Assembly: GCA_965229705.1 (NCBI GenBank)
Contig: OZ245922.1
Span: 60,001 to 92,000 of the forward strand
DNA: 32,000 nucleotides
Direction of reading: 5' to 3'
Source: Candidatus Saccharimonadota bacterium
GTDB taxonomy: Bacteria > Patescibacteriota > Gracilibacteria > BD1-5 > UBA6164
How positions within the stretch are numbered: the stretch's first letter is position 1; each line of letters starts with the position of its first letter. The notes under the pieces are model-generated. The model saw nothing but the letters and a program-made list of their open reading frames with translations. It searched no databases and was not told the origin of the DNA. A program made the position numbers and the translations under genes. Shown here piece after piece: positions 10,741 to 21,849 of the stretch.

Positions 10741-11466
10741 TTATAAATGATCCTTGAGAGGTATACCCACCTTTCGAGGATATTTTTTGTGACAAGATGC
10801 TATTTTTTGTATAAACACGATACTGCGTTCTTGGTCTGCGAGATGATAGTTTTTGATCTTATATATTTTTCCTCACAGTTTTGAGAGTGCGTTTTTGATA
10901 CTCTGAAATTCTTGCTTGTCTGTGAGCTTATACGCAGCAAGTATTCATCAAACTTTGAGAAGCGGGAGGCTATACTCGAGCAAGGTTGGAAAGTACGCAG
11001 TTGCTCGCGAAACAACGAGATCAAAACTCTCTCTATAGCGCTTATCCTGTCAAATGTTTTCGGCTCTTCCAGAGAGCGTTGTGATATTTTCCAGTTGTAA
11101 ACTTTGAGCAAACTCTCATACACATCTCAGTTTTTTTACAACAGAGTCTATAAGCGTAAAGGTTATCTCTGGATAAATAATAGCAAGAGGAATCCCAGGA
11201 AAACCTCCTCCGGTTCAAAGGTCGGCAACGGTAATAGTTTGAGACCGGTCTCAAAAAAATTCTTGTATTGATGTGGGAGAGAGATCAAAAAATACAGCGA
11301 GCATCAGAGAGTCGATAAAATGTTTTTCTATAACTCACTGCTCGTCTCTGATAGATGAGAGGTTTATTTGTGTATTTTTTTCAAGAAAGAGTTTCAGAAA
11401 CTCTTGAAACTTCTCTTGTTCTCGAGCTTCAAGCTCTATGTCATATTTTTTGAAGAGGTTTTGCAT
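10741..11466 (-). CDS. rsmG: 16S rRNA (guanine527-N7)-methyltransferase RsmG/GidB (alternative upstream ATG at 11529)
   Basis: Joined through TGAs: [20 protein letters not shown], then the SAM motif [33 protein letters not shown] (the first G is the TGA at 11217-11215), then SGRAENIG. TAA stop at 10743-10741. [12 protein letters not shown] (ATG 11466) fits the usual RsmG N-terminus better than the 11529 start. Confidence 0.85.
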
Positions 11467-11535
11467 ATTTGAATGATATGTTGTAATGAGACCGGTCTCA
11501 ATTGTATCAAAAACATTCCTCACATACAATACTTT

Positions 11536-11544
11536 TGATATAAT
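11536..11544 (+). promoter_or_regulatory. Extended -10 element TGaTATAAT directly upstream of recG (possible leaderless transcript)
   Basis: tttTGaTATAATacaaacATG. The TATAAT at 11539-11544 ends 6 nt before the recG ATG (11551). There is no purine-rich Shine-Dalgarno sequence in between. Confidence 0.4.
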
Positions 11545-11550
11545 ACAAAC

Positions 11551-13557
11551 ATGAATACAACACAGCTCACAAAATCACTTCTTCGAACAACCGAGAATTA
11601 TATCAGTGCTCTGAAAAAAGCGGGAATATCTACAGTCGCAGATATGCTGATGTTTTTTCCTCGAGAGTATGAAGACAGGACTGAGGTGCTTGATAGTTTT
11701 TCTCTCGTAAACATCAAAGAAAAAAACACAATACTTGTCACACTCTTGTCTCTTGAGACAAAACGAACAGCAGGGAATAAGCTTTTGACAAAAGCCGTTA
11801 TAGAAGACAAAAATGGTTTTCTTGTAGAAGCAGTATGGTTCAATAGAAAATATCTTGCTTCACAGCTCAAGCTTTATGAGGGAAAGAAGATTATCCTTTC
11901 AGGAAGAGTAAAATACTCTTATGGAAAAGTCAGTCTAAGTTCTCCAGAGGTAGAAACAGATCTCACAAAGGTATCAGGAGGGATAGTTCCTCTCTACTCA
12001 GATGCTCAATATATACCAGGACGATGGATAGAGTCCAAGATGGAATATCTCGAAAAATACATAAGCGAAATACCAGAAAATCTTCCAGAAAAACTCATCA
12101 AAAAATACAACTTTATTTCTCGAAAAGAGGCTTTTTATAAAATACATTTTCCAAAAAATTCTCATGATATAGACGTGGCAAAACACCGTCTTGCTTACGA
12201 GGAACTCTACAAGATCAATTATCAGTCTATTTCTGCAAAGCATCAGCGTTTTCATAACTCTCAGTGAAAGTCTTGTAGCATACAGCTTAATCCAGAATAT
12301 GTAAAAGAGATATTTACCCATATCCCGTTTGAGCTTACGGGATGACAAAAGGTTGCTCTTTTTCAAATACTCAAAGATATGGAAAAAAACCATGCAATGC
12401 AAAGACTTCTAGAATGAGATGTTGGAACAGGGAAAACTATTGTGTGTCTTATTGCCTTAATTCACGCGATAAAACAAAGTGAGAAAAATGCTGAAAAGAT
12501 ACAAGTAGCACTTATGGCTCCAACAGAGATACTTGCCCGTCAGCATTTTGCGAGCATGGAAAAAATGTTGATTGAGTTTGGGATCACCTCACACTTGCTT
12601 GTCGGGAGTACAACAGCAAGTCAAAAAAAGGCTATCAAGACAGAACTCAAGGCCGGGCATGTTGATGTGGTTATTGGGACACATGCACTCTTGCAGGAAA
12701 ATGTCGGTTTTTATAATTTAGGGTTTGTGATCATTGATGAGCAGCATCGATTTGGTGTCAAACAGCGAGAAGTACTGGAAAAGTGATGGGGAAACGCTTC
12801 GGGTATTATTCCACATAATCTCAATATGACAGCTACGCCAATACCACGAACACTGGCTCTCACATTGTATGGAGATCAGGATCTTTCTATTATTTCACAG
12901 TATCCAAAAGGGAGAAAAACTATTCATACAAAGGTAGCGAAAAATGATGTAGAGCGTCAGCAAATCGAACTTTTTATCAGATCAGAGCTTGAAAAGGGGA
13001 GGCAATGTTTTTGGATTTCTCCTTTGGTAGAAGAGTCTGAGAAGATAGATCTTGCAAATGCGGTTCATACTTATGAGTCTCTTGTAGATATTTTTCATCC
13101 TTTCCAAGTAGGACTTTTACATGGGAAAATGAAACCAAAAGAAAAAGAACAGATTATGAAACACTTTTCAGAAAATAATACGCAGGTACTTTCGAGTACT
13201 TCAGTTGTAGAGGTATGAGTAGATATTCCAAACGCTACGATTATGTGTATCGAGGGAGCAGAGCGTTTTGGTTTGTCCCAACTCCATCAGTTTCGTGGTC
13301 GAGTTGGTCGAGGAACTCATCAGTCGTATTGTTATCTTTTTCCGAGTACATCTCAATCAACAGATAGACTGAGAGCTATGGAGCAAACGAATAATGGTTT
13401 TGAGTTATCTGAGGTGGATTTGGAGATTCGTGGTCCGGGAGAAGTGTATGGTGTCCGTCAGTCTGGTCTTCCTGATCTCAAGATTGCTGATATCACGGAT
13501 TTGCAGCTTGTGAGTCAGATTCGAGAGGATATTGAGGAGATGTTTGAGGGGAAATAA
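11551..13557 (+). CDS. recG: ATP-dependent DNA helicase RecG (668 aa)
   Basis: Four track fragments (11551, 12442, 12826, 13243) share one frame. Walker A is LLEGDVGTGKT, with the first G encoded by the TGA at 12415-12417. Also DEQHRFGV; MTATPIPRTLALTLYGD; VVEVGVDIPNATIM, whose G is the TGA at 13216-13218; and QLHQFRGRVGRG. Confidence 0.95.
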
Positions 13558-13619
13558 AATTAGGAACTAAAGATTTTTCTTATATATATACAATGTATCT
13601 TTATTTACAATTTTCTCAT

Positions 13620-14255
13620 ATGAACAAAACACCATTTGTAGTCGATGAGGTTCACGGAGTTCTTAATACACCACGCAAAAGAACACTGGAAGAGTATCTT
13701 ACTCTTATAGAGTGAGAAAACGTTCAAGCATGTCTCAAAATGTATGAGGATGATAAGCATATGTATATCTCAGCTCCTGGTTCTTCTCACAATCATCAAC
13801 ATTGGTCAGGCTGATACTACGACCATATCCGAGATGTATGTTATCTTGCAGAACAGTTTTATGGTCTCTTAGTGAGTCTTGGGAGACGACCAGATTTTTC
13901 TCTCGGAGACGTAATACTGACATTGTTTCTTCACGATCTTGAAAAACCAGTAAAATATTCATGAACAGAAGAACAAAAACAAGAACTCTATTCTTTCTGC
14001 ACAGATGAAAATGATAAATGATGGTATCAGAACTTTATACTGTATAAGGCAGAGAAATATGGGATAGTACTTTCTGATATTCATCTAAATGCTATCAAAT
14101 ATGTTCATGGTGAATGAGATGACTACACTTGAAACAAGCGTACACAACTCCCACTTGCAGCGTTTATTCATAGTTGTGATACTATGAGTGCTCGTATGTT
14201 TTATGACTATCCTCTTGTAGGAGATAGAGTTCGGAACAAGAGTAATATAGAGTAA
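13620..14255 (+). CDS. HD-domain metal-dependent phosphohydrolase (211 aa; in-frame alternative ATG at 13593)
   Basis: Open through 6 TGAs. HNHQHWSGGYYDHIRDV ... LTLFLHDLEKPVKY (H...HD signature) ... AAFIHSCDTMSARMF. TAA stop at 14253-14255. The antisense track ORF 13735..13962 is a shadow of this gene. Confidence 0.65.
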
Positions 14256-14306
14256 ATATCAGGCACCAGTCTCAGAAAAATAAAAAAACCCCTTTTTGAG
14301 AGACTC

Positions 14307-14681
14307 TTAAAAAAAACAAAAGAGCCTGAATATATCAGGCTCTTTTTCAGTGGATTGTTCAGATATTCATTCATTAAAATGAAGGATACCTATAGTAACT
14401 CGATTATCCCAAAGGTTAAAAAGAAAAAGTAAATAAAACAAACTCAATAACTGTAAAAACAAAGCAAAAAGTATTTTGTTTATTTTAAACAATTCTGGTG
14501 ATATTCGTGTAAATTCTATACATTTTATTATATAGATATTAAATAACGAGTAGGGTATTAATATGAGTAAAAAATCTATTGGATAGGTATCATTAAATAA
14601 GGCTTTATCTATGATGAATAGAGATACGCCTACACTTATAATGACCGAGATCCTTGTATACCATACGCTACTTCCAGTCAT
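14307..14681 (-). CDS. Small AT-rich integral membrane protein (124 aa if the TGA at 14367 is read through)
   Basis: The track ORF 14367..14681 is strongly hydrophobic with several predicted TM segments. Its stop is a TGA. Under code 25 the frame runs on through the terminator hairpin to TAA at 14309-14307. Confidence 0.35.
14321..14348. terminator. Bidirectional rho-independent terminator hairpin
   Basis: aaaaaaaacaaa AGAGCCTGA atata TCAGGCTCT ttttc: a 9-bp perfect stem with a 5-nt loop, an A-tract upstream and a T-tract downstream. It lies between the convergent HD gene and the 14307..14681 gene. Confidence 0.7.
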
Positions 14682-14915
14682 TTTTTTGTCTCCTTATTTT
14701 GAGGGGGTGAGTTTACGGAATGGAAAGTAATTATTTTATACGAAATTATTCTTAAAAAACAAATTTTTCAGATAATAAATATCGTAAAGTATGGTGTAAT
14801 ATATAAAAAATACCTTAAATTTTTTCTATAAAAAAATACAAAGTTTTGCGAATATAAAGAGATAAAGTATCCTATAGTATTGTGTACTATTTGACAGTAA
14901 CAATACTGTAGAAAG

Positions 14916-17765
14916 ATGAGATATTTTGTCAGTATATTTTTCTGAGTTTTTCTCCTATGCATTTATACCTGAGTAAATGCTCATTTCCGTATTGTTGAGG
15001 TACTCCCAAATACCATAGATGATGCACAGCTAGAGTACATTACTCTCCAAAATATTTGCGATACTCCTTGAGATATCCAAGACTACATACTTTCAGATAA
15101 ACTCAAAGATTATCATATAGCAGACTCACTTATTATTCAGCCAGGCGAAAGAGTGACTTTTCCCAGAACACAGACCAAACTGGTACTCAATAATACCGAT
15201 GAAGAACTCTTTGTAACAAACCCTCAAGGAGAAGTAGTAGATCAGGTTTCCTATAGCACTTCGGAAAAATGAGAACCTCTCGTATTTTCTCAAGATTCAT
15301 GAGAAGACTGCTGAGTATCAAGCTCAGAAACTTCCGTAGAGTTAGAAATTGTTGAAGTACTACCAAATACTGTTGATGATGCAGAGCTTGAATATATAGT
15401 GATACAAAATTTTTCTTCAGAACCCTATGATCTTCAGCATCATATCCTCTCAGATAAGCTCAAAGACTATGTTATTACGGACTCAAAAATAATCCTCCCA
15501 GGAGAAACTCTCGTATTTCCTCGAACAGAAACAAAACTCGTTCTCAACAATACGGATGAAGAACTCTTTTTACAAAATCCCCAAGGAGAAATTATTCATC
15601 AAGTTGCCTATGAGGACTCAGAGAAATGAGTTCCTATATTTTTTCATAAATCGACTGATGAGTGAGAGCAAGAGAGTTGAGAGACATATGAAGATAATCA
15701 AGAAGATGATAACTCCTGAGAAGAAGAAATACAAGAAGATCCAGAGCAAGAAGATGAAGGTCAGTGAGAAGAAAGTGAAGAAATAATTGTACAAGAAGAT
15801 ACGCAAGAAACTCCAGAAAGTCTCGAAGTGCAGATATCACTCCAAAATCCGAGCTATATTTTTGAAGTTTCAGAAAATACCTATCATTGTGATAAGGACA
15901 AAGAAGTGTGTAAAGTAAATTTTGATATGCGTGACAGTTTCTCAGAGGATTTTCCCGAAAAAGACTATGAGTGCAAGATAGATTTTTGAGTCTTGTGATA
16001 CAGTGAAGAGTCTCAAAAATGTAATCCCAATAAAATAGAAATACCTATAGGAGAGTTTGAGATATATTTCCAAATATTTTATGAGGAGAGCAGTCAGCAA
16101 GTATGAGACAGAAAAATACTTATCATACACACGCAAGAAGAAGGTAATACCGATAATCAAGAAAAAGAGCAAGATACAGATGAGAGCATACAAGAAGGTC
16201 ATCACGATGATGAGGATTCGCAACAGGAGAATGAAGAAGATACAGAAGTAAACCAAGAAATAGATGAGCAAGAAGATGGGTATCAGTGAGAAGAAAGTGA
16301 AGAGGTAAGCAGAGAAGAAGAGGCCCAAGAAAAGCCAGAAAGTCTTGAGGTGCAGGTATCACTACAAATCCCCAGTTATATTTTTGAAGTCTCAGAAAAT
16401 GTTTATCACTGTGATGGAGAGAAAGATATTTGTAAAATAAATTTTGATATGCGTGACAGTTTTTCAGAAGATTTTCCTGAAAAAGATTATGAGTGCGAGA
16501 TAAATTTTTGAGTCTTGTGATACAGTGAAGAATCTCAAAAATGCAATCCCAATACTATAGAGCTTCCCGTAGGAGAGTTTGAGATATACTTTCAGATATT
16601 TCACGAGGAGAACAGACAACAAGTTGGAGAGAAGAGAATGCGTATTATTAATACGCTAGAGGTACGCAATACTGTGAAACCTCAAATACCAAAGATTCAT
16701 ATTCTCCATCCAAAAATACAGGTACAAAGTGGAGTCAGCGGGAAGGGAAGATATTTTCACTGTGAAAAAAACTCCTGTAAAATGAACCTCAAATATGAAA
16801 AACGCCATGACTCAGAAAGGTGTTTCTGGCATTGGGGACATTCAGGAGCTCTTTTATCTGATCACTATACTTCTCATCGTTGTAATCCTGGGGCTGTGAG
16901 TATTCCTCTCTGAACACACGATATGTCACTGAAGGTGTATGAAGATGACCATGAAAGTAATAGAAAGAGGACAAAGTTTTATGTCTATAATATTTTGGAA
17001 GAAGATATAGTAGATGAGCAAGATACTGGAGAAGAAGAAACAGATGATCTCCTGATAGTGAAGCAATATACCTCTTCTACCTCTTTGCCGATGCCTTTGA
17101 GTGGAAGTATTTCTTTTGAGGAGAGAAAAGATGTAAGTATTCAACTGCAAGGAAAACTCTCAAGTACAAAATCACTTCAGCGGAACTCTTTACGCTGTTT
17201 TGATACAGAAAAGTGCCATGTAAATTTTAATAGTAATATGAGAGGAGACGGTGAAGATCTGGAGTATTTTTGGATATATGACGGAGAGATTTTTTCCTAT
17301 GAGAAAAACCCAAAAGCATTTTGGATGCAGTGAACGGGAAAGCATAAGGTATATTTTTATTTGGTAAAAAATGCAAAAGTACTCTGAAAATCACAATTTA
17401 TCGTAGATATTATTTCAGAAAAAAAAGACGCTCTTCTCTCATCAGCGCCAGAAATATCATCGTCATATAAACAAGTAAAGCAGACAACAACCTCCCAAGA
17501 TCGAAGTTACTGAAAAACACTTTCTCCAGAGTCTCCTAAAAAAATACAGATAGTTGTTCATCCACAAAAAAAACAGCAAGATCTGGATCATCAGATATCA
17601 ACAAAGATGGTGTGAGTATATGTTATAGTGATAGCAGCGATATTTTTTATAGGACTTTATTTTTTTGTTTCTTTATTGATTGTATTTTTTTCCCAGAGAT
17701 TTCTCACAGAATCTTATATGATCCATTTTCTTACTCGTCAAAAGGTAGTGCTTCTTATTGGGTAG
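14916..17765 (+). CDS. Surface-anchored repeat protein (949 aa): signal peptide, 2 lamin-tail (LTD) domains, acidic linkers, 4 Cys-containing beta-rich modules, C-terminal TM anchor
   Basis: MRYFVSIFFGVFLLCIYTGVNA is a signal peptide. Two LTD-like units have the pattern IVEVLPN..DDA.LEYI.(L/I)QN...D(I/L)Q..ILSDKLKDY.I.DS.II.PGE...FPRT.TKLVLNNTDEELF..NPQGE..(D/H)QV(S/A)Y. Very acidic linkers (EDNQEDDNSGEEEIQEDPEQEDEG). Repeated modules with spaced cysteines (YHCDKDKEVCKVNFDMRD...YECKIDFG...QKCNPN). C-terminal helix VGVYVIVIAAIFFIGLYFFVSLLIVFF. Fragments 15399, 16638 and 16923 are all in frame 0. Confidence 0.7.
15745..16662 (+). repeat. In-frame tandem duplication inside the LTD protein gene (period 522 bp = 174 codons)
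   Basis: cagtgagaagaaagtgaag occurs at 15762 and again at 16284. ccagaaagtctcgaagtgcagatatcactccaaaatccgagctatatttttgaagtttcagaaaat matches ccagaaagtcttgaggtgcaggtatcactacaaatccccagttatatttttgaagtctcagaaaat, and the similarity continues for about 400 bp at high identity. A separate 357-bp-period duplication (14991 vs 15348) gives the two LTD domains. Confidence 0.8.
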
Positions 17766-17825
17766 AATTCTTTACTCTTTTATTTTTTTCACTACACTCA
17801 CTTTCAAACTCTCTATTTCAACATT

Positions 17826-19829
17826 ATGGACAGAAAAAACATTCGAAACTTTTGTATCATTGCACATATTGATCATGGGAAATCAACGCTTGCAGATAGA
17901 CTCTTGGAGATCACTGGAACAATAGAAAAGCGTGATATGAAACATGGGCAAATGCTTGATACTATGGAGCTTGAACAAGAAAGAGGAATCACAATAAAAT
18001 TGCAACCTGTTCGCATGCTCTGGAAAGATCATGAACTCAATATTATAGATACTCCAGGTCATGTAGATTTTCAGTATGAGGTTTCTCGGAGCCTGGCATC
18101 TGTAGAGGGAGCACTACTGGTGGTAGATGCTACACAAGGGATAGAAGCGCAAACACTTTCAAATGTGTATCTTGCTATAGAAAATGAGCTACAGATTATC
18201 CCCGTTATCAACAAGATAGATCTTCCAGCTGCAGATGTGGAGAGAGTCAGTGAGGAAATCATCAGTTTACTTGGGTGTTCTTGAGAAGATATTATTCCTG
18301 TCTCTGCAAAAACATGAGAAAATGTAGACGCTATTTTAGATGCAGTTTTGAAGAGAGTCCCAGAACCAAAAGTGTATGTTTCTGAGTCTTTACCACCAAA
18401 AAAAGAGGAGAGTATAACAGTAGATCAGCAGGAGTTGAAGGCTCTGGTCTTTGATAGTCAGTATGATTCATATAGGGGAGTCGTATCTTATGTAAAAGTA
18501 TTTTCTGGAGAAATCCAAAAATGAGATATACTCCATTTTCTCAATACTGGAAAAAAGATAGAAGCCTTGGATGTATGATATTTTTCTCCTCAGTATGAAA
18601 GTAGTAAAAAAATTGATAATGGCTCTATAGGATATGTCGTAACAGGCCTAAAATCCATTCGTGATGCACAAGTATGAGATACTCTCTGGAAACCTGAAAA
18701 TGTGCAGTGACCAAAAGCAAAACTCGAAGAGGCGAGTTCTATTGAATGATTTAAAACGGTAACACCATTTATATATGCGGGAGTTTTCCCGATGGCAACA
18801 GATGAGTATCCACAGCTTGCTGATGCGATGGAACGACTGATGTTGAATGATTCGGCTCTTACAAAAGAATCAGAGGCGTCAGCCGCTCTTGGGCAGGGAT
18901 TTCGTTGTGGATTCCTTGGGTTATTACATCTGGATATTGTAAAAGAGCGTCTTTTCAGAGAGTTTGATATGGATGTTATCATGACTTCTCCGCAGGTAAC
19001 TTATAAAATGCGTATGTATGGGGACAAGACCTCAGAGTTTTCACGGCTATCACCAGAACTTGGTATAAGTCTTGTTCCTAGTAGTAAATATAGCACATTA
19101 TCTTGACCAGCATCTTTTTCTGAGCATTCCTCATCCTCAAGAAGCCTCGAAAATTCTGAGGAGAGTTCTTGTAAGTATACATTTCTCTCGATATCAAATC
19201 CTGAGGATATGCCTCCAAGAGAAACGGTTGACGCGATTTTTGAGCCAGTTGCAAAGATTGAGATTATTAGCCCTACAGAATATGTAGGAACACTTATGCA
19301 GTTATGCCAGGAAAGAAGGGGAGTATTTAAAAATCAGCAATTTATTGATAATTCACGAGTGATGCTCAGTTATGAACTTCCTATGAACGAGCTTATTGGT
19401 GACTTCTATGATGAGATGAAGTCTCTTTCAAGTGGGTATGCGTCTTTGCATTATGAGTTTCTTGAGTACCGAGAAGATGATCTGGTAAAGCTTGATATAT
19501 TGATAGCAGGAGAGAGAGTCTCGGCGCTTTCTTTAATGTGTCATCGTAATCAGGCGAGGTATATCTGAGGTAAGATCGTCAAAAACTTAAAAGAAGTCGT
19601 TCCTCGAGCTCAGTTTGCTATTGCTTTGCAGGCGGCTATTGGAAGCAGTGTTGTTGCTCGTGAGACACTTTCGGCATTTCGAAAAGATGTGACAGGACAT
19701 TTGTATGGTGGAGATGTCAGCAGAAAGAAGAAGCTTCTTGAAAAGCAAAAAAAAGGGAAAAAGAAGATGAAACAGTTTGGAAAAGTGAGTCTTCCAAGTG
19801 AAGCTTTTGTAAATTTGTTAAAGAAATAG
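17826..19829 (+). CDS. lepA: Elongation factor 4 (LepA), 667 aa
   Basis: Fragments 17826, 18792, 19209 and 19626 share one frame. [18 protein letters not shown]; DTPGHVDF; NKIDLPAA; VSAKTGENV, whose G is the TGA at 18315-18317; [22 protein letters not shown]. The C-terminus [27 protein letters not shown] is typical of LepA. Confidence 0.95.
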
Positions 19830-19918
19830 TACTATGAAGAAATTTCTGAGAAGTAAAAAAATATTATTTGAAATATTGTATTTCAGAATATCAGGTTATA
19901 ATACCAGCGTTTTATTTT

Positions 19919-20004
19919 CTTAAGGAGTCTCTGAGAAACAAGAGAATTTTGTGTAAGAGACCGGTCTCGAAAAACGAAAATGTCTTTCTCAGAGTTTCAT
20001 TAAC
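19919..20004. repeat. MITE/REP-like repeat, type B core (copy B4)
   Basis: cttaaggagtctctgagaaa caagagaattttgtgtaa GAGACCGGTCTC gaaaaacgaaaatgtc tttctcagagtttcattaac. Same terminal inverted repeats as type A, with the 12-bp perfect palindrome at 19957-19968. Confidence 0.8.
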
Positions 20005-20007
20005 TAT

Positions 20008-20526
20008 ATGGCTATGAAAAAAATAGCGCTTATACAATCATCTCTCAGACAATGAGGAAACACAGAAATAGTTTGTAAAGCATTTGCAGAAAAATGTGAT
20101 GCTCTTGGAATTCACGTAAACTATATTGATCTCAAGAATGTAAAAATGGACTTATGTGATGCTCGCAGTCTAGAGGCATATTCTCAAGATATTCAAAATG
20201 TTTATAAGATCATTGAGGATTCAGATATTGTCGTTTTTTGAATGCCAGTTTATCAATATTCAATGAGCGGAGTACTCAAGAACTTTATTGATATTGCTGG
20301 GTGATCTATGGCAGGGAAACCTGTAGGAGTTATTGTGAACGCAGGAGGACCAAACTGTTATATGGCAAGCCAAGATGTATTTAACGCCCTTCAATTTGAG
20401 TACGCATGTACAAATATCATGCCAACCCCATATACCTGGTCAGCAGATTTCAAAGACGGAGTACTTGTAAATGAGAAGTCTCTTGAGAAACTCGATGAAC
20501 TTGCTCAAAAAATCATTTCTCTTTAA
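20008..20526 (+). CDS. NAD(P)H-dependent FMN reductase / flavodoxin-like fold oxidoreductase (172 aa)
   Basis: MAMKKIALIQSSLRQGGNTEIVCKAFAE...DSDIVVFGMPVYQYSMSGVLKNFIDIAGGSMAGKPVGVIVNAGG. This follows the FMN_red pattern (S.R..S.t..., P.Y..s..g.LKn.iD). It joins the track ORF 20308..20526 through TGAs. Confidence 0.65.
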
Positions 20527-20535
20527 GTAGTAGCT

Positions 20536-20901
20536 ATGTGGAAAATCATAAAGTGGCTTTGTGGTTGGAAGACTCATAAAAAACTTTCTCGAAAAGATTC
20601 TCAAATCTTACGATGACATATACAAAAGATATGAGATCTTTCTCCTAAACAGCAAGTCATAGAATATGATAAGGTATATCATCATGCTCTGAAAAAACTT
20701 GGTTATGAATGAAGTTTTTGAGAAATACTCAGAAAAGAACCTGTCGAAATATGAAACCTGCAAGAAGTATGGGAGTTACATAAACTGAGAAATACTCTTG
20801 TACATGATTTGAGAGATTTTGATGAAAGGTATATCATGAAACAAGCACAGGAATACAAGAAGATTTTGCTACAGTGTATCTCTCAGTGTTCTCGCTCATA
20901 A
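20536..20901 (+). CDS. Hypothetical protein (121 aa)
   Basis: ATG 20536 to TAA 20899-20901, open with 5 TGAs read as Gly. MWKIIKWLCGWKTHKKLSRKDSQILRGHIQKIGDLSPKQQVIEYDKVYHHALKKLGYEG.... No motif recognised. Confidence 0.4.
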
Positions 20902-20937
20902 AAATGGAGAATCAGGGCAAAGAGAAATATACAAAAA

Positions 20938-21025
20938 CTTCCAGGAAACTCTGAAAAGCAAAAGTCTTGTGTAAGAGAACGGTCTCGAGAAAACAAAAAG
21001 GAGTTTCTCAAAGGTTCCTTTAAAG
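20938..21025. repeat. MITE/REP-like repeat, type B core, degenerate (copy B5)
   Basis: cttccaggaaactctgaaaa gcaaaagtcttgtgtaagagaacggtctcgagaaaacaaaaaggag tttctcaaaggttcctttaaag. Lies between convergent genes. Confidence 0.7.
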
Positions 21026-21032
21026 TAGAGAG

Positions 21033-21710
21033 CTATATTTTTATATTTTCACTTATAGAGATTTTATTTATATCTACAATAGTCTTGATAGAGTCTTTGA
21101 TAACAAAGAGGTTTTCATCTTTTCGGATTTTCCCCACTATGGTAAGATGACAATTTTTCCCATCTTCTTTTATGTGTTTTGAAACGACTGTTAGAGGAAG
21201 TTTCTGTATTTTTTTGTATACATCAGAAACTTTTTTATTTTTTTGAGAAAAATGTATGTCTATAGTACAGAATCTACGGGGGATAATAATCATTTTTTTG
21301 AGTTCAGTAACTACTATGAGGTTTATAAAAATAATTACTGTAGCAATAAAAGCTACAAAATAAAAACCAGATCATACTACAAGTCAGATTGCTGCGGTAG
21401 CCCATATATTGGCAGCGGTAGTAAGACCACGCGTATCAACTCAGAGTTTAATAATTGCTCAAGCTCCAAGAAATCAAATCCCAGATACTACCTGGGCTGC
21501 GATTCTGCCAGGGTCATTGATATTTGAGTTATACATCTCAGGAACAAGTATAGATACAATCATCAGTACGCATGAACCGAGTCATATCAATACATGTGTT
21601 CGAATTCATGCTGGCTGGTTTTTCATTTCTCGCTCCAATCATAGTAAGAAAGCTATGATAAATATTACAAGAAGACGAAGGAGAATCTCACTGTTTGGTA
21701 TTATATCCAT
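21033..21710 (-). CDS. MgtC/SapB-family membrane protein with C-terminal ACT-like soluble domain (225 aa)
   Basis: Upstream of track ORF 21033..21293 the frame continues through TGAs: MDIIPNSEILLRLLVIFIIAFLLGLEREMKNQPAGIRTHVLIGLGSCVLMIVS...DPGRIAAQVVSGIGFLGAGAIIKLGVDTRGLTTAANIWATAAIGLVVGSGFY. These are the canonical MgtC motifs GlERe, AG.RTh, GiGFlGAG and GLTTAA. The + track ORF 21409..21831 is its antisense shadow. Confidence 0.85.
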
Positions 21711-21849
21711 AAAAAAATACAAGATAATAATATACTTTATAGGATCATTATATCATAATTTCTTTGATAAAGCGAAAAAACGCAATTTTTTTGACTCAAA
21801 AAGTCTTTTTTATATACTTTCCGGGCTTTGAGAGTAAAATATATATTAT

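Noticed and set aside
11551-13557. recG, lepA, rmuC, rsmG and others look like pseudogenes broken by multiple nonsense mutations in the supplied ORF track
   Set aside because: All interruptions are TGA only, always in frame, never TAA or TAG. They fall on conserved glycine positions. A systematic stop-codon reassignment explains this far better than simultaneous decay of many essential genes.
19830-20007. A type B repeat as a riboswitch or leader for the FMN reductase gene
   Set aside because: The same element occurs downstream of unrelated genes (20938, 4666, 5564). I cannot identify FMN-riboswitch-like conserved features in it. The repeat-family explanation is sufficient.
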